A stretch of 64,000 nt of DNA from Prorocentrum cordatum (Eukaryota), in the NCBI GenBank assembly GCA_963575745.1, contig CAUYUJ010000030.1, forward strand, positions 1 through 64,000, in the 5' to 3' direction. Within the stretch, counting starts at the first letter, position 1. Every line of letters begins with the position of its first letter. A program made the position numbers and the translations under genes. The notes under the pieces were generated by a model that was not told the DNA's origin, did not search any database, and saw only the letters and a list, made by a program, of their open reading frames with translations. Positions 47,201 to 59,939 of the stretch are shown here, piece after piece.

Positions 47201-48330
47201 TACAGAGAGTTTTTCCCATGGTCGTCTCAAAGACAGACCTGCGTTGGGCAACCAGGCTGATGTGTGAATCGACGCCGGAAATCGGAACTCTCACGATCTG
47301 CCCAGGGAGGGCCTCGGAGGACCCTGACGGCCCATGGGAACTCGAGGAGCGGGAATCTGGGGATGCTGCCCCTTCCGGCCCGGAGGAGGAGGAGGAGGAG
47401 GAGGAGGAGGAGGAGGAGGAGGAGGAGGAGGAGGAGGAGGAGGAGGAGGAGGAGTGGTAGGAGGAGGAGGAGGAGGAGGAGGAGGACGACGACGAAGAGG
47501 AGGAGAAGGAGGACCCGCCATGACCTCTGGAGCCGGCGCCCGTCGCAGCGGGCCGTGCGCGCCCTGCCCGGACAACTCGCGCTGGGCGAGCAGGCCTGCG
47601 CGGCGCCAGAGACAGCCTCGGCCTGCGCGCGGCGGCCCCGCGCCCGTCGCGGGCGGCGGGCCCGGCAGAGGGGTCGGCGGCGGGCGGCGGTCGCGATCTC
47701 AGGTTGTAGCCGCGACTTCCCAGACTCTGGACCAGCAGCGCCTGCCTTGTAGGGGGGCGGAGGAAGGCTTAAGCGTAGAAAAACTCGGAGGTATGCGCGG
47801 GTTCCTCGTATCGGCGCTGGACCCCCCCTCCCTGGCGCGCGGAGCGCGCCAGGGGCGGCGACGGAGGCGCCGCCAGGGGTCCCCAGCGCCCATCCGAGGA
47901 ATCCGCGCGGACCTCCGAGTTTTTATGTTTATGTCGTTCTTCGTTTCCCCATGTTTATGTCGTTCTTCGTTTCCCCATGCCTGTCGCGCAGCACGGGGTC
48001 CAGTCGCCGCCGCTTTTGCAAGGGCGGCGACGCCGCCGGCAGACTGCTCACCACCTCGCACTCTGCTGGCGCACCCGCGAGCGCGGCTCGCGCGCCGGCC
48101 CCCTCGAAGTCCAAGTCCTGCAGCAGGGCCACTAAGCCTGCCGCAGCGGCCCCGCCGACCGCCGGAGCGGCCGCTTGCCACCCAGCGGAGCTGCCGGCCG
48201 GCGTCGGCCCAGCAGCCGCCGCGGGAGCTGAGGCGCCGCGCCGCCCCGGCGGGCTGCCAGCGGCGAGCCGAGCTGGCGCTGCCTCGCCCGCGAGGGTGCC
48301 CGCCTCGGGGGACCGCCCGGCCAGGTCAAC
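37090..48330 (-). CDS. Multi-exon Ulp1/SENP8(DEN1)-like C48 cysteine protease; 5' end unresolved. Catalytic exons: ~45328-45160, ~44520/44383-44055, 38006-37903, 37260-37090. Upstream candidate exons: ~48330-47981, 47745-47525, 46427-~46285
   Basis: Colinear C48 motifs RLQDEHITFAMREL, VWAATPAQV, VLVLPV...GGHWSLLVV (His), LLDSL (Asp) and LQLDGFQCGCFCL (Gln oxyanion, Cys); the last three exons join in frame, each acceptor being AG|G. Confidence 0.78.
37261..37902 (-). mobile_element. Introner-like insertion forming the last protease intron (8-bp TSD, GA donor) with nested MITE(s)
   Basis: Direct repeat GGACGGCT (+ agccgtcc at 37254-37261 and 37896-37903); subterminal inverted repeat GCAAGTCGTGGGAGC / GCTCCCATGAGTTGC. 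Confidence 0.72.
37570..37746. mobile_element. Tc1/mariner-type MITE
   Basis: TA|CAGTGG...CCACTG|TA; same family as 33317-33510. Confidence 0.85.
38037..38277. mobile_element. MITE with ~50-bp TIRs and a TATTGCAA-repeat interior
   Basis: agggggtccagctgcaagggggtggtgcaatagatttgg / ccaaatctattgcacacccccttgtcgctggaccccct. Confidence 0.85.
40240..41430. repeat. Composite repeat with (GTC)n cores and a duplicated cccatcccat-G-run-gatcatatat module
   Basis: The module occurs at ~40693-40787 and ~41333-41428, each after a (GTC)n tract; a partial inverted counterpart lies near 40265-40325. Confidence 0.75.
41965..42903 (-). CDS. Intronless Cys-rich secreted protein of unknown function (312 aa); retrogene nested in the protease intron
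   Basis: Clean, non-repetitive ORF; signal peptide-like MATKVLIALASPVLAAAIVL; CDCMTWSDVY...CGRANE...CYDFF...CVN...QWCYVSNDC pattern; SL relic upstream. Confidence 0.88.
   Translation of the reverse strand: MATKVLIALASPVLAAAIVLKAEENATKAKSGSCDCMTWSDVYYTNKAVCGRANELYFLSKTGFSASYADTEPITGLPHKICYDFFKNFASPACVNIDLVPFPADEFSGQQWCYVSNDCANLNGGGYATNIEGFSQSSWHNLQSASQQAWKICDPTESDTPALSVKLVPEVVALGVESDVSLSQLLKLAYPAVNISWGEASLLWQAIDAAYEPGRTVTEMVDAVPELTGWGSEVVDRRLRAIAKSEQGTVLDSPGHGDIYHVVQGRAAYVVRRAADGNMAYLGGHFSQEYTVSCVIGCADAEPRNALDLSTL
42977..42990 (-). other. DinoSL relic
   Basis: CGTTTGGGCTCAAG compared with CATTTTGGCTCAAG (12/14), ~73 nt upstream of the ATG. Confidence 0.7.
43120..43435 (+). repeat. Short array of the GGAGCTCCCTATGGGGCCACGAAAC repeat family
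   Basis: Same ~90-bp unit as 52830-55215. Confidence 0.85.
44366..44511. mobile_element. MITE family C copy with 6-bp TSD at a protease exon start
   Basis: TIR gttatgtcggg...cccgacctaac; TSD atcagc at 44360-44365 and 44512-44517. Confidence 0.88.
46064..46250. mobile_element. MITE with G/C-run TIRs
   Basis: ggcgaaaggggggatagcaaagggggggttt / aacccccctttcccaatccccccctttcccc. Confidence 0.7.
47746..47980 (-). mobile_element. MITE family B forming a putative whole GC-AG intron
   Basis: Junction direct repeat AG|GCA at both ends; inverted aaaactcggagg / cctccgagtttt; excision joins PVLRDR-QALLVQSLGSRGYNLRS in frame. Confidence 0.72.
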
Positions 48331-49483
48331 GGAAAATCGGTCAGCGCCCCTGCCTGGCCCCGCCGATACTTCGCTGACGCGTCGCCGAAAACTTACCGGT
48401 AGGGTGTCCCCCTCCCCCATCTGAGAAAACACTTTTCCGTCAGCGGCAAGGTGGCGAAATCCGCTCCAGCGAGAAGCTAGATAGAGGCACTGACTAGCGA
48501 ATTGGCCAGCGATCAAAGAGGGAAGGGGGACGGCCGAGAGAAAGAAGGAACGCTCAGACGCCGAAGAGTTCGACGATGAGCATCCAGGCGGGCAGCAGCA
48601 GCCAGGAGCGCAGGACCAGAGCGCGGTGGACGGGAAATCATCTGAGAAAACACACTGGCAACTTGATCATCGGATGGCGATCACGGTGACCAGTTTGACG
48701 GTTGGCGGCCACGAAGATCCGTGGGCTACGGGGGTGACCGCTTCGGCTCTTGGGCTCCACACCCACCCAACACCAATGCCGCGATGAGCCACGAGGGGCG
48801 ACGGGCCACCAGCAAGCGAATCGCATGTTGAGCCCCACCACTCACGCGAGGCTCGCGATAGCCCATGGGGCCAGGGGACCACGCGCAACCAACTGCCTTG
48901 GGCACAAGAACAACAAAACCTTACGTGGCTTACGAGGGGCCAGCGGGCCAGAGCCAACCGAGTCGATTATCGATTAGCACAGGGAGGCGCGGAGCCACGG
49001 GGCAGGGGAGCCCAGAATCGAATCGACAAGTCGGATCGGCGATCGAAATAAGTCGGATCGGCGGAAATCGGCAGCCAAGTCGGGAAGAGTCGAATCGGCG
49101 GAAATCGGCAGGCTAGTATGCGTCCAATGAGAAGTCCATCGGAGTCGAATCGAATCGAATCGGAGGAATCGAAACGAGCCCTGCGGGGCCATGAGCAACC
49201 GAATGGGCAGGCAGTGAACCACGAGGCGCCAGCGCCAAGGGGGGCCGTGGAGGCGTGGGCCGGAGCCCAAGCGTGGACGACACCCCAAAGGATAGACCAC
49301 CGAGGGGGCAACGAGGCGCGGGGGGCCACGGGCCACGAAGCGACCAGGCAAGATCGTGAACGGCACCTCCGAGGCGCAAGGGCCCAAAGGGGCCACGAAG
49401 CAATCGAGTGACATCCTCTGGACGGTATCCCTCAAGGCCAGGGGGCCACGGTGAACAGCTTCCCCCGGGGCCGTAGGCGACCC

Positions 49484-49755
49484 GAGGAGGAGGAGGAGGA
49501 GGAGGAGGAGGAGGAGGAGGAGGAGGAGGAGGAGGAGGAGGAGGAGGAGGAGGAGTGGAGGAGGAGGAGGAGGAGGAGGAGAGGAGGAGGAGGAGAAGGA
49601 GGAGGAGGGAGTAGGAGGAGGAGGAGGAGGAGGAGGAGGAGGAGGAGGAGGAGGAGGAGGAGGAGGAGGGGAGGAGGAGGAGGAGGAGGAGGGGAGGAGG
49701 AGGAGGAGGAGGAGGAGGATCAGGAGGATCAGGAGGAGGAGGAGAAGAAGGAGGA
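49484..49755. repeat. (GGA)n microsatellite
   Basis: Direct inspection; another such tract lies at 47382-47510. Confidence 0.95.
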
Positions 49756-50532
49756 CGGGTCGCCTAAGCCCTTCGGAGAAACCCTCCAGGCCACGAAGGG
49801 AACACGAGGGACGAGAAGCAAGTGACCACTGGGCAACCGAATGCTCGCCCGAACGGCCCCCGCGCGGGAGCGACAAGGGGTCCACGAGGCTAGAAGGGCC
49901 ACAGACGACAGAGCGACGGAGTTAAAAATGCGCCACCGTGTCGCATGCACCGAGCGGACTGTTCGCACCACGGCCACGCTAACGGCGATGTTGCTTAACG
50001 GTCAAGTTGGAAACCGACCTGTAGGAAATCACGAACCACACTTTCCTACATTTCTGATATGCGGATGTACCGATCGAGCGGAAACGACACAGCGCATTGT
50101 AGGCAAGCACGAGCCGCGCGTTCCCACAAAACCAACACCTACATCGCCGTTACCTGCATCGCCGTTAGCGCGTCTACGGTCGCAAGCCCCTTCAAGATCT
50201 CAATTTAGAGTACCGCAACTGCTGCTTAAACAAAAACCCAACCCGTGGGCTCGCGGAATCGTGTGGAGTTTCTTGGCGCTCCTGATGCCTTATGAAATTC
50301 CCCACGCGGCGTTTACATGGCGGATGCAGGCCTCAACCTCCAATATGTCTTAAGATGGACTCAGAGGTCCCGTGCTGCAGCCCTCTTGGAGGCCTCTTGG
50401 GGGCCCGCAGGGAAGGGGGTGGGCAATCCAAAAGGCCAACACCACTGGACCACATGACATCCGCGTAGGTCTGCTATTTCCATTAATTGCTCGTACTGAA
50501 GAGCATATGAGACGGCCCGAATGCCCCCCCCC

Positions 50533-50690
50533 CACGACACACACACACACACCACACACACACACAACACACACACACACATACACAAACAGCACACACA
50601 ACACACAACACACAACACTCAACACTCAACACACAACACTACACAACACCCACAACACACAACACACACACACGAGAGAGAGAGAGATCG
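50533..50690. repeat. (CA)-rich / (GA)n microsatellite
   Basis: Direct inspection. Confidence 0.93.
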
Positions 50691-51667
50691 CGCAAGGACT
50701 GCCGCTAAGATCTTAAGAGGAGCCCCCAAGACGGCCCCAAGAGGAGCCACAACGGGGGAACCCGTACCTACGTGTAGAGCCTCCCTCTTCATGGTTCTCG
50801 AGACCGCCAGCGCACCCCCAAGAAACACCCAAGAGGACCCCAGGGGACCCCCAAGAGACCTCCTAGAGGCCCCCATCAGGAGCCAAGAAGCCCGCGAGAG
50901 GTCCCCCAAATAGACCCCGAAGGCCTGCCCCTTGTCTTCTACCCGAACACGGTGGCGGGACGGACCCAAGGCCACTAGATGCCGAACCGAGCCCCCACGA
51001 GTGGAACACGAGAGGGCCTCAAAGCACTGTCACAAGCTTCGGTCGGGCGTACGCTAGCATGGGTTACGGATCCGCGGGTATGGCACGTGCGCGCCAGATC
51101 CATGAATTGGGGAAAATACCACCGAAACATGAGGCCAATGTCGTCCAAATTGGCGAACAGGGCGCGCCGATTCTGAGCGGGACCCGTCACTAATCCACGC
51201 GCCTTAAGCCATGTGCGCTTCCTGAATTCGGAGCAGACGTGTCAAGCCCTCTTTGGCGACTTCCCCCTCATACGATGGCGAAGGACCTTGCGGTAATCGT
51301 GTTTCAAGGGATCATATCCTCCAGAGAGGCCAAAATAATCAGACATACAGTTCAAGAACTGCGTTTGAAGGGCCACGCGGTACTGCCACCCAGGGCACTG
51401 TTGTGGTGTAGAGCGTCCACAGGGAATTAAGGATCACGGGCTTCAGGGGCTGTGGTCCACGGAGGGCAGGGGCCTGGTAGTCATATCTCAGCTTCCAACG
51501 GGATGGCACGGATCCACGGGCCACAACCGACCAAATAAGTTAGATCTCCACATCTGCGAACCGGCTAGGAGGGGACCGCGGGCAACTGAGCTGCAAGTTC
51601 AGCGTCCAACCCCGACAAGGCCCCTGCTAGCTCGTCTCTGGTAGCCCCGTGTGGCGGAAGCGGAGGA

Positions 51668-52270
<603 letters not shown>

Positions 52271-52829
52271 CCCGTTCCTCATCGCCTTCACCTCCTCCAT
52301 CCATCTTCCCTTCTCAATTCCTCCCTGTCGCGCCCCAAGACGTGTCGGCAGGACGGGCCCTGCAGTTTGCCAGAGACTTCCCGAAGACTTATATAACTCT
52401 GGGGCATGATATCTGCCAGGATTTCAAGGATGGGGGGCGGGGGGCGCCGCGCACATCCGTCCTCGAAGGTCTGCGGCACCTTCAAGGACGGAGGGGGATG
52501 GCTCACTAGCTCAAACATCAAAATTCAAAACCACCAAAAACAGTTGCATGGCGAATCTCCCAACCATGCACAGCTGCGAGCACAAAGGGTGGGCGAGCAA
52601 CAAGGACCAGGGCACGGAGAGGAGGGGCAGAGGCGAACAAGAGCAAGGAGGGATGGGGGTGCGAGCTGGGGAACGAGCGGATGCCCGGAGAGCGCTTTCC
52701 CTCAGGCAACCGCATGATACACAAATGTCGCCGCCGCTCCAAGGCGCAAAGGCAGCTCGTGGAGACACAGCGCATGGGGACTCCCTGCGACGCGTGCTGG
52801 TCGTCCTGAAAGAACTCATACGAACCCTG

Positions 52830-55215
52830 TCAGTTGGGCCTTAGTTGGAGCTCCCTATGGGGCCACGAAGCGCGCGGGGGGTCTGTCGAAGAGACCGGCG
52901 GGAACTCACGTGAACCCCTGCTTTTCAGCCTTAGCTTGGGCATCCTACGGGGCCACGAAATGTGCGAGGGATCTGCCGAAATTAAAAGAAAAGCAGGCGA
53001 TCGGGTGAACTGTGGCATGTGGGCCTTAGTTGGGGCTCCCTATGGGGCCACGAGGCCGTTCAGGAGAGTGCAGAAGTGAAAGGCGGGAGATCATATGAAC
53101 CCTCTTGCATTTGGGCCGTAGTTGGGGTTCCCTATGGGGCCATTGAAAATGCGAGGGGTGCAACGAAATGAGAAGCGGGAGAGTACGTGAACTTTAGCAA
53201 TTGGGCCGTTGTTTGGGGCTTTCCTAAGGGGCTACGAAACGTGCGATGGGTCTGCCGAAATGACGAGCGGGAGCTCGGGTAAACAGTGGCATGTGGGCCT
53301 GAGTTGGGGCTCCCCATGGGGCCGCGGAACGTGCGAGCGGTGTGCCGAAACGAACGGCGGGAACTCATTTGAACTTTGGCATTTGGGCCTCAGTTGGGGC
53401 TTCCCTATGGGGTCACGATGCGTGGAAAGGGTGCACCGAAATGAGAAGCGGAAGCGCATGCGAACTTAGCATGTGTGCCGTTGGTTGGGGCGCCCTATGG
53501 GGCCACGAAACGTGCGAGGAGCGTGCCGAAGTGAGAGGCAGGAGCTCATGCGAACCCCCTTATGCATTTGGGCCTTAGTTTGGGTCTCCATAAAAGGGGC
53601 CCCGAAACGTGCGAGGGGCGTGCCGAAATGAAATGGGGAGGTCATATGAGCATTGGCACTTGGGCCTTTGTGTGGGCCCCCTCTGAGGCCACAGAGCGTG
53701 CGAGGGGTGTGCCGACATGCGAAACAGAAGCACATGTGAACTGTGGCATGTGCGCCGTAGTTGGGGCTCCCCATGTGGCAACGACACGTCTGAGGGGTGT
53801 GCCGAAATGGGAGGCGGGGAGGGAGGACGAGGAGGAGGAGCAGGAGGAGGAGGATGAGGAGAAGGAGGAACAGGAGGGGATGCGGCGGAGGGAGTCCGGA
53901 GGGACGCGGGGCGCTGCTGATCAAAAACGAGGACCCAACACCACAGGATGGTTGGGGCAAATAATACTTCTGGCGAAGGGCCCAACAATCAGCGAGGGGA
54001 GAACCGACATGGGGGTGGGGACAGCACGCGGACCATGCCACGGTGGCCTTCAGTGGATCCCCCCTCCTGCCCTGTGGGGCCACGAAACGTATGAGGGGTG
54101 CGCCGACATGCGGGGGTGGAACCGCATGCAGGCCCTGCCACGAGTGCCTTCGATGCAATTCCCCGTGGGGCCAAGAAACGTGTGAGGGGTGCGCCGAAGA
54201 GGAAGGTGGAACCGCATGCGGACCCTGCCACTGGTGCCTTAACTGGAGCCCCCTCGGGGGCCACGAGACGTGTAAGGGGTGTGCCGAAATCAAAGATGGA
54301 GCCGCATGCGGACACTGCCACTGGTGCTTTCGATGGAGCTCCTTATGTGGCCACCACGCGTGCGATGGGTGCGCCGGCACGGAGGGTGGAACCGCATGCG
54401 GACCATGTCGCTGGTGACCGCGGTGGAGCTCCCTATTGGGCCACGAGACGTGAAACTGTGTGTGCCGAAGTGGACATGCGGAAGGCAGAGGCAGGGACGG
54501 GAGGAGGGAGGAAGGGGGAGGAGGAAAGAAGGAGACGCGGGGCGCTGTCCTTCCAGGGCGAAGACCAACAAACACAGGATGCCTCGGGGGAAGCAAGCCC
54601 GGCAGAGGACCCAGCCAGATGCAGTTGTGAGCAGCACAGTCGTGGACATTGTCTTCGGTGGAGCTCCCTATGGGGCCACGAAACATGAGAGAGGTGTGCC
54701 GCAGCTGAAACCCCGTGGCCTAAGCGACAAAGCTCGAGCAACGACCCAGTATCAAGTCACCACAATGGGTGCGGGGATGCATGCGAGAACCGCCACTGGG
54801 GCCGGTGGGTGGAGTTCTCTATGGGGCCGCGAAGCGTGTGTGGTGTGTGCCGAATTGTGTGCAGGAGACGCATGATGCGAGAACCGCCATGTGGGCCACG
54901 AAACGTGTGAAGGGTTTGCCGTGGTGGGTGCGGGGGGCGCATGCGAGAACCGCCAGTGGGCCTTCGGTTGAGCTCCTAGGGGGCCACGAAACGTGTGAGG
55001 GGTGTGCCGTAATGGGTGCGGAGGGCACGTGCGAGAACCGCCACTGAGCAGTCGGCGGAGCTCCCTATCGGGTCACGAAACGCGTGAGCGTTGCGGGGGG
55101 CAGGGGCAGGAACGGGAGGGAGGAGGAGGAACTGTGAAGGAGGAGGAGGAGGAGGAGGAGGAGGACGCGGGGCGCTGTCTCTTCAAAGCGAGGGCCCAAC
55201 ACCACAGGATGGTTG
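52830..55215 (+). repeat. Degenerate ~90-bp tandem array (ggagctccctatggggccacgaaacgtgtgaggggtgtgccgaa) with recurring terminal module
   Basis: About 20 units; module ggacgcggggcgctg...accacaggatg at ~53900, ~54530 and ~55160, each after a GGA tract. Confidence 0.9.
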
Positions 55216-55269
55216 AGAAAAAAGCGCCAGGGATGGAGGGGCTCTGCCCTCAGCGCTGGTCGCACTCGT

Positions 55270-55900
55270 CTTGAAACGCTCAGCACCTTCATAGGTGGAC
55301 GGCGGGTGGTTTTCAAAATGTGGCTCTTGCCCTGGCGCAGCGCTCCTATGTGATAATTTGTGGCAACAGGTACAGGCATGAGGCACACATCGTTTTCAGC
55401 ATGTTGTTCTCGCCTTAGCGCCGCGCGCATTCGTCTTAAACGTTTGCAAGAGCTTCACGGATTGAGGGGGTCGTTGTTTGGCATGAGCTCTCGCCCTGGC
55501 GCCGGGCGAATTCGAACCTTCACGTTCGTCACAGTTACAGCGATGGACAACCGATCGAATTCAAAGCGTGGCTCTCGCCTTAGCGCCGCCTACTTTCATC
55601 TTAACTTGTTGCGACACTTACAATATTGGAGCACATGCCGCTTTCAGCATGAGGCTCTCGCTTCAGCGCCGCACGCATTCATTGCAACAGCTCGCGAGCG
55701 ACAAGAGGATGGAGGACGGCTCATGTTTTCACAGTGGGGTTATCGCGTGAGACTTCCGTGAAAATTCAAAGACTCGCAACTTCAACACATGCGTCACTGC
55801 ACGAATCGAGGGCGGCTCCGTTTCAAAACGGAGTTGTCCCTGCAGACGTCCTGCGAGCGCATGGGCACAACTGCAAGTTGGCGCAGCAGTTTCGCACACG
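55270..55900 (+). repeat. ~80-bp degenerate tandem repeat (same family as 28335-28600)
   Basis: gtggctctcgccttagcgccg and caagagcttcacggattgaggg are shared. Confidence 0.8.
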
Positions 55901-57559
55901 AGGTGGGTGGTCCTTCTTCGAAGGGGGGGGGTATCGCTGGACACCTCGCGTAAGGGTCTGATGGCAGCTACTCGCATTCCTGATTCTGCGCAGGAAGGGG
56001 ATGTGCCGGCTCCTTCTCAGAACGGGGCCAACAGCAACGGGGAAAGCTTAAACGGACGGGGCGGTGAATTCAAGCATCGCTGGCGCATCTTGGGGTTACC
56101 CTGGTTTTCCTCCCCCTCCTCCTCCGCCTCCTCCCCCTCCTCCTCCTCCTCCGCCTCCTCCTCCTCCTCCTCCTCCTCCTCCTCCCGAAGTCGTTCCCTA
56201 CCAGCCTCTGCTGCGAGGCCGCCTGCCGGTGGGGAGGCGGCCAACCGCTGCTCTGGCAGCTCCGCGGCGACGGGGGCCTGCTGCAAGGAGAGGGAAGGAG
56301 AGAGGGAGGGAAGGGAGGGGAAGGGAGGGGGATAAGGAGGGAGGGACGGACGGGAGGAGGATAGAACGAGAGAGGAGGAGGGACGAGAGAGGTGGAGTGG
56401 GAAGGGAGGAGGAGGGGGGAGGGGGAGGGGGAGGAGGACAAGCTAGGTGCGCTCGCGTCATATCTGACGTCCGACCCCTCCCTCCCATCCCTGACCATGG
56501 CGTAGATATCCACTCGATTCGCACAGTTGGATGTTGAGCAGGGCAAGGATCGCGAGAGGGTATGCAGTTCATGGTAGAGCACGGCATGGCATGGCGTAGA
56601 AGAGCACGACAGAGCGTATTATGCCATAGCATGGCGTGGCATTGCGCAGCGAAGCATTGCCATTGCAACGCAAAACATGGCATCGCACAGTGGCGCAGAA
56701 CACAACACCGCACAGCATGTCATGGCATGGCGCCAGGTTCTTCGGAGGGTAGGTGGATCGTCTTTGAGAGGTCTGGGCTGGTCTGGAATCGTGGCTCCAT
56801 GTCTAGCTCCTTGGGCTCCCCGGAATGCTCAACACAAGGCGGGGCTGATGGAGAGCACCTGCTGGCTCTGCTTTCAACATCGCCTTCTCAAACCAGAAAC
56901 GGGGCTCCCGCTTGACAATTCCTGAAAAAGACGACGCCCCAAAGTGGGGGGGGGGCTGGGAGAGGCGCCTCCGGTAGCAAGTCATGGGACCCTGGTGTAT
57001 GGGGGGGCTTCTGCGGCCCAAAGAGCAACGAATCGACACCGAATACGTAATCACTTCCGATGGTTGTTTCGGGGGGGGCATTTCCTAGATTTGGGAGCCT
57101 ATTTGGAAGGAAGGCCTGCGCTGCAACGGAAGCACGATTCGGTTCGAGCGGAAGCTCGGAAATGAGGCCAGCGCTGCAGCGAGAGCACGACTCGGAACGA
57201 GCGGAAGCCCGAAAATGAGGCCAGCAATTCAGCGGAGGCAAAACATTGAAAAAAGCCCAAGCGAAACTCAAACTCCAGGGAATCCTGTGTAAAAAACATA
57301 CGCAGAGGGAGGCCAGATATCTTCCAGACGTCATCAAGGGAGCGAGGAGGGTAGTATTCATGTTGTGTAACTGTGGAGGAAGAGGAGGAGGATGAGGAGG
57401 AGGAAGAGGAGGATGAGGAGGACTCTACTCGACTCTGCCTTGAGCTCAGCAATCCAGCATACCAGTAAACGGGTTCAGGGATGCAGCTGCGAGCGTTGGC
57501 ATACGCGTATATAGATGTGTATATATATAGACAGATAGATAGATAGATAGATATATAGA

Positions 57560-59905
57560 TACCGTCAAGGACGTGCAGTCGCCAGTGGGTACAACGAAGC
57601 ATGCGGTCACGCAGAGGCTCGCCCCACAACCCGGCCATAGCTAGCACGGGCAGCACCTTTGGCTATGTGGTGGGATCGCCCCTGGCGCTGGGCGTCGCGC
57701 CTGAAAGCTCTGTCAACCAGACCGAGACGCGCCGCTCCGTCTGGCGGCAGGCGCGGCGAGTGCTTGAGCACCCAGAGCCTGCAGCGGGGCCGACGTCGGT
57801 CGGACAAGTGCGCAAGGTAGCGGAGCCGCTGCTGCAAGTCTGTGTGACAGCAGGGGCAGACTGCTGACGGCACATACTCGCGAAGAATTCGGCGGCCCAA
57901 CGGGCCAGAGGCGTGCTAAGATCTCCGGTAACTGCTAAATAATACTTCTACTTCGCGCGCGCGGGGCGGCCCCTGGGGGTCCCCGGACGAAAAGTACCCC
58001 GGGCGATCCCTGGCAGGGTCGGATCAGAGATGATTTTCCTCCTGGGCGCCGCCCCCGTGGCCTTCCAGAGAGCCCCAAGAAGGGCCGCCAAGAGCCCTCC
58101 AAGATGGTTCAAGAGTGCTCCGAGATGCCACACGATCGTTCCAAGACGGCCAAGATGGCCCCCAGACGCCCCAAGAGGCCTCCAAGAGCACTCCCCAGAG
58201 TGCCCCAAGAGGCACAAATTATTACTTTTCCTTCGATTTTGGCCACATTTTGGCGTGTCCATCTTTTCGGCTTCCCGACGCCCCAAGACGGCGCAAGAGG
58301 CCCCCAAGATCGCCCCAAGAGGGCCCAAGAAGGTCCCAAGAAGGCCCCAAGATGGCCCAAGAGGGCTCCAAGACGGCCCCAGAGGCATCCAAGACGGCCC
58401 AAGAGGGGGCTCAGAGGGGCCCCAGAGGGCCCCAAGCGATGCCCCAAAGGGGGAACACAAAACAAAATTTCGAGCCCTCGGTCTTAGGCCTCAAGAGGCC
58501 CCTGAGAGGCCCCAAAAGGCCCCAAGAGGCCCTCAGGAGGCCCCCAAGCGACGCTGAAGAGGCCCCCCAGCGGCCCCAGGAGGCTCAGTCATGCGAAATG
58601 GGCCGGCGGAATGAGCGAAGCGATTGAATAATCCGTTTCTGGTGTTTGATGCGCGCGCGCATGCGTCGTCTCTAACGCACGCGTTGTAGCAAAAGCGCGA
58701 TTGCAGTCCAGACATGCATACGGAACGGCCCGTCATAAACAACTGCAACCTGGCTGTCGCAGATGGAGCCAAGGAAAAATACAATATCAAGCATGGCGTG
58801 CCACTCGTGGGCATGCAGCATGCGGTCGTGCCAAAAGCGGGGAGACTCGAGGAGACTAGGCCAATCCGCCTTGTGAACGGTAGCTTTGACCTTGTTGACA
58901 TCTTGGATAAGCAGCTTCACCCAAGGAAGACATTCGAGGTTTGGGTCGACGCGCAAATGAAGGAGAGCTAACAGGACTTCTGACCGATCGCGGCACACTC
59001 GGGCGGCGAACGCCAGCCGCCGTCGCAGGAGGAGGCAATCCAGGCTTGGTTGCTGGGGTTGCTCATGAACTTGCTGGTCCGTTATGTTGCAAGCGCTGCT
59101 GAAACGAGGCACGCCGGCAATACGACGAAGGTCCCTCATGTAGCAACCGTTCATCGCTTTCGAGTCCCAGCCAGTCGGGATGAGCGTGTGGACTGCGAAC
59201 TCGAGGCGGCTCAGCACGAGGGATATTAAGTAAACGAGCTTGTCGACGACGTTGAGGACGGCCGAACCGAACGTCTTGAAGGCCAGCGGAGAGTACCAAC
59301 GCCGACGACACGCGGTGCCTGGTGTTGGCGAACGTGCCGCCACTGCCAGTGGCGCGCACATAGGAACCCAAGTCCTTGCATGCCCGCACAACTAGAAGCC
59401 ATACGTCGGATCGGCAAGGCACGGGAATGGCAGGCTGCCCATCGTCGCGGCGGCGATGAAGACGAGCGGCAGCGACCTCTATCATTGAGGATGAACTCGC
59501 TCTTGCTGGGGTCCCAATTTAGTTCCAAGTGCAGGCTGACGAAAAGCTCGATCAAGACGTCCAATAAGATATCGATGGACTCTTCCAGCTCTGATGGCGT
59601 ATCCGCAATGATAACGCGGACTTCAGAGCAGCGACTTCGTCTCCAGAGGGCGGGTCGGAGACGTCCCAAAATGTGGCCACGGGAACTCTCACCGCAAGGT
59701 CGAGGCCGCCCTCGGCGCAGACGTAGTGCAGTAGGGACAGGGCCACACCATAGTGCGAATGGAACGTAATGGGCCCCAACCTGCACCCTGCCGACCCCCA
59801 GTTTGGGTGGTGACCGGAAGGCCGTCGAGGCCTACGGAGCACCAGGCGCCGTCGTGCAACGACTCGCCACTGCGCCTCTGGGCACGGAATGGGCGTGCCC
59901 TCAAG
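57560..59905 (-). mobile_element. 5'-truncated degenerate LINE (RT C-terminal half + zinc-finger-like tail), interrupted by CCAAGA repeat
   Basis: TGGRQG/CRLGPITF, ELNWDPSKSEFIL, KDLGSY, YMRDLRRIAG, RRLAF and VCPCCHTDLQQRLRYLAHL; (TATC)n-like tail at ~57505-57560. Confidence 0.8.
57925..58640 (+). repeat. CCAAGA(G/C/T)GGC composite repeat inserted in the LINE
   Basis: ~11-bp ccaagacggcc-type units. Confidence 0.88.
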
Positions 59906-59939
59906 TCCTCTTCCTCATCCTCTAAGCCTCAATCCTCAC

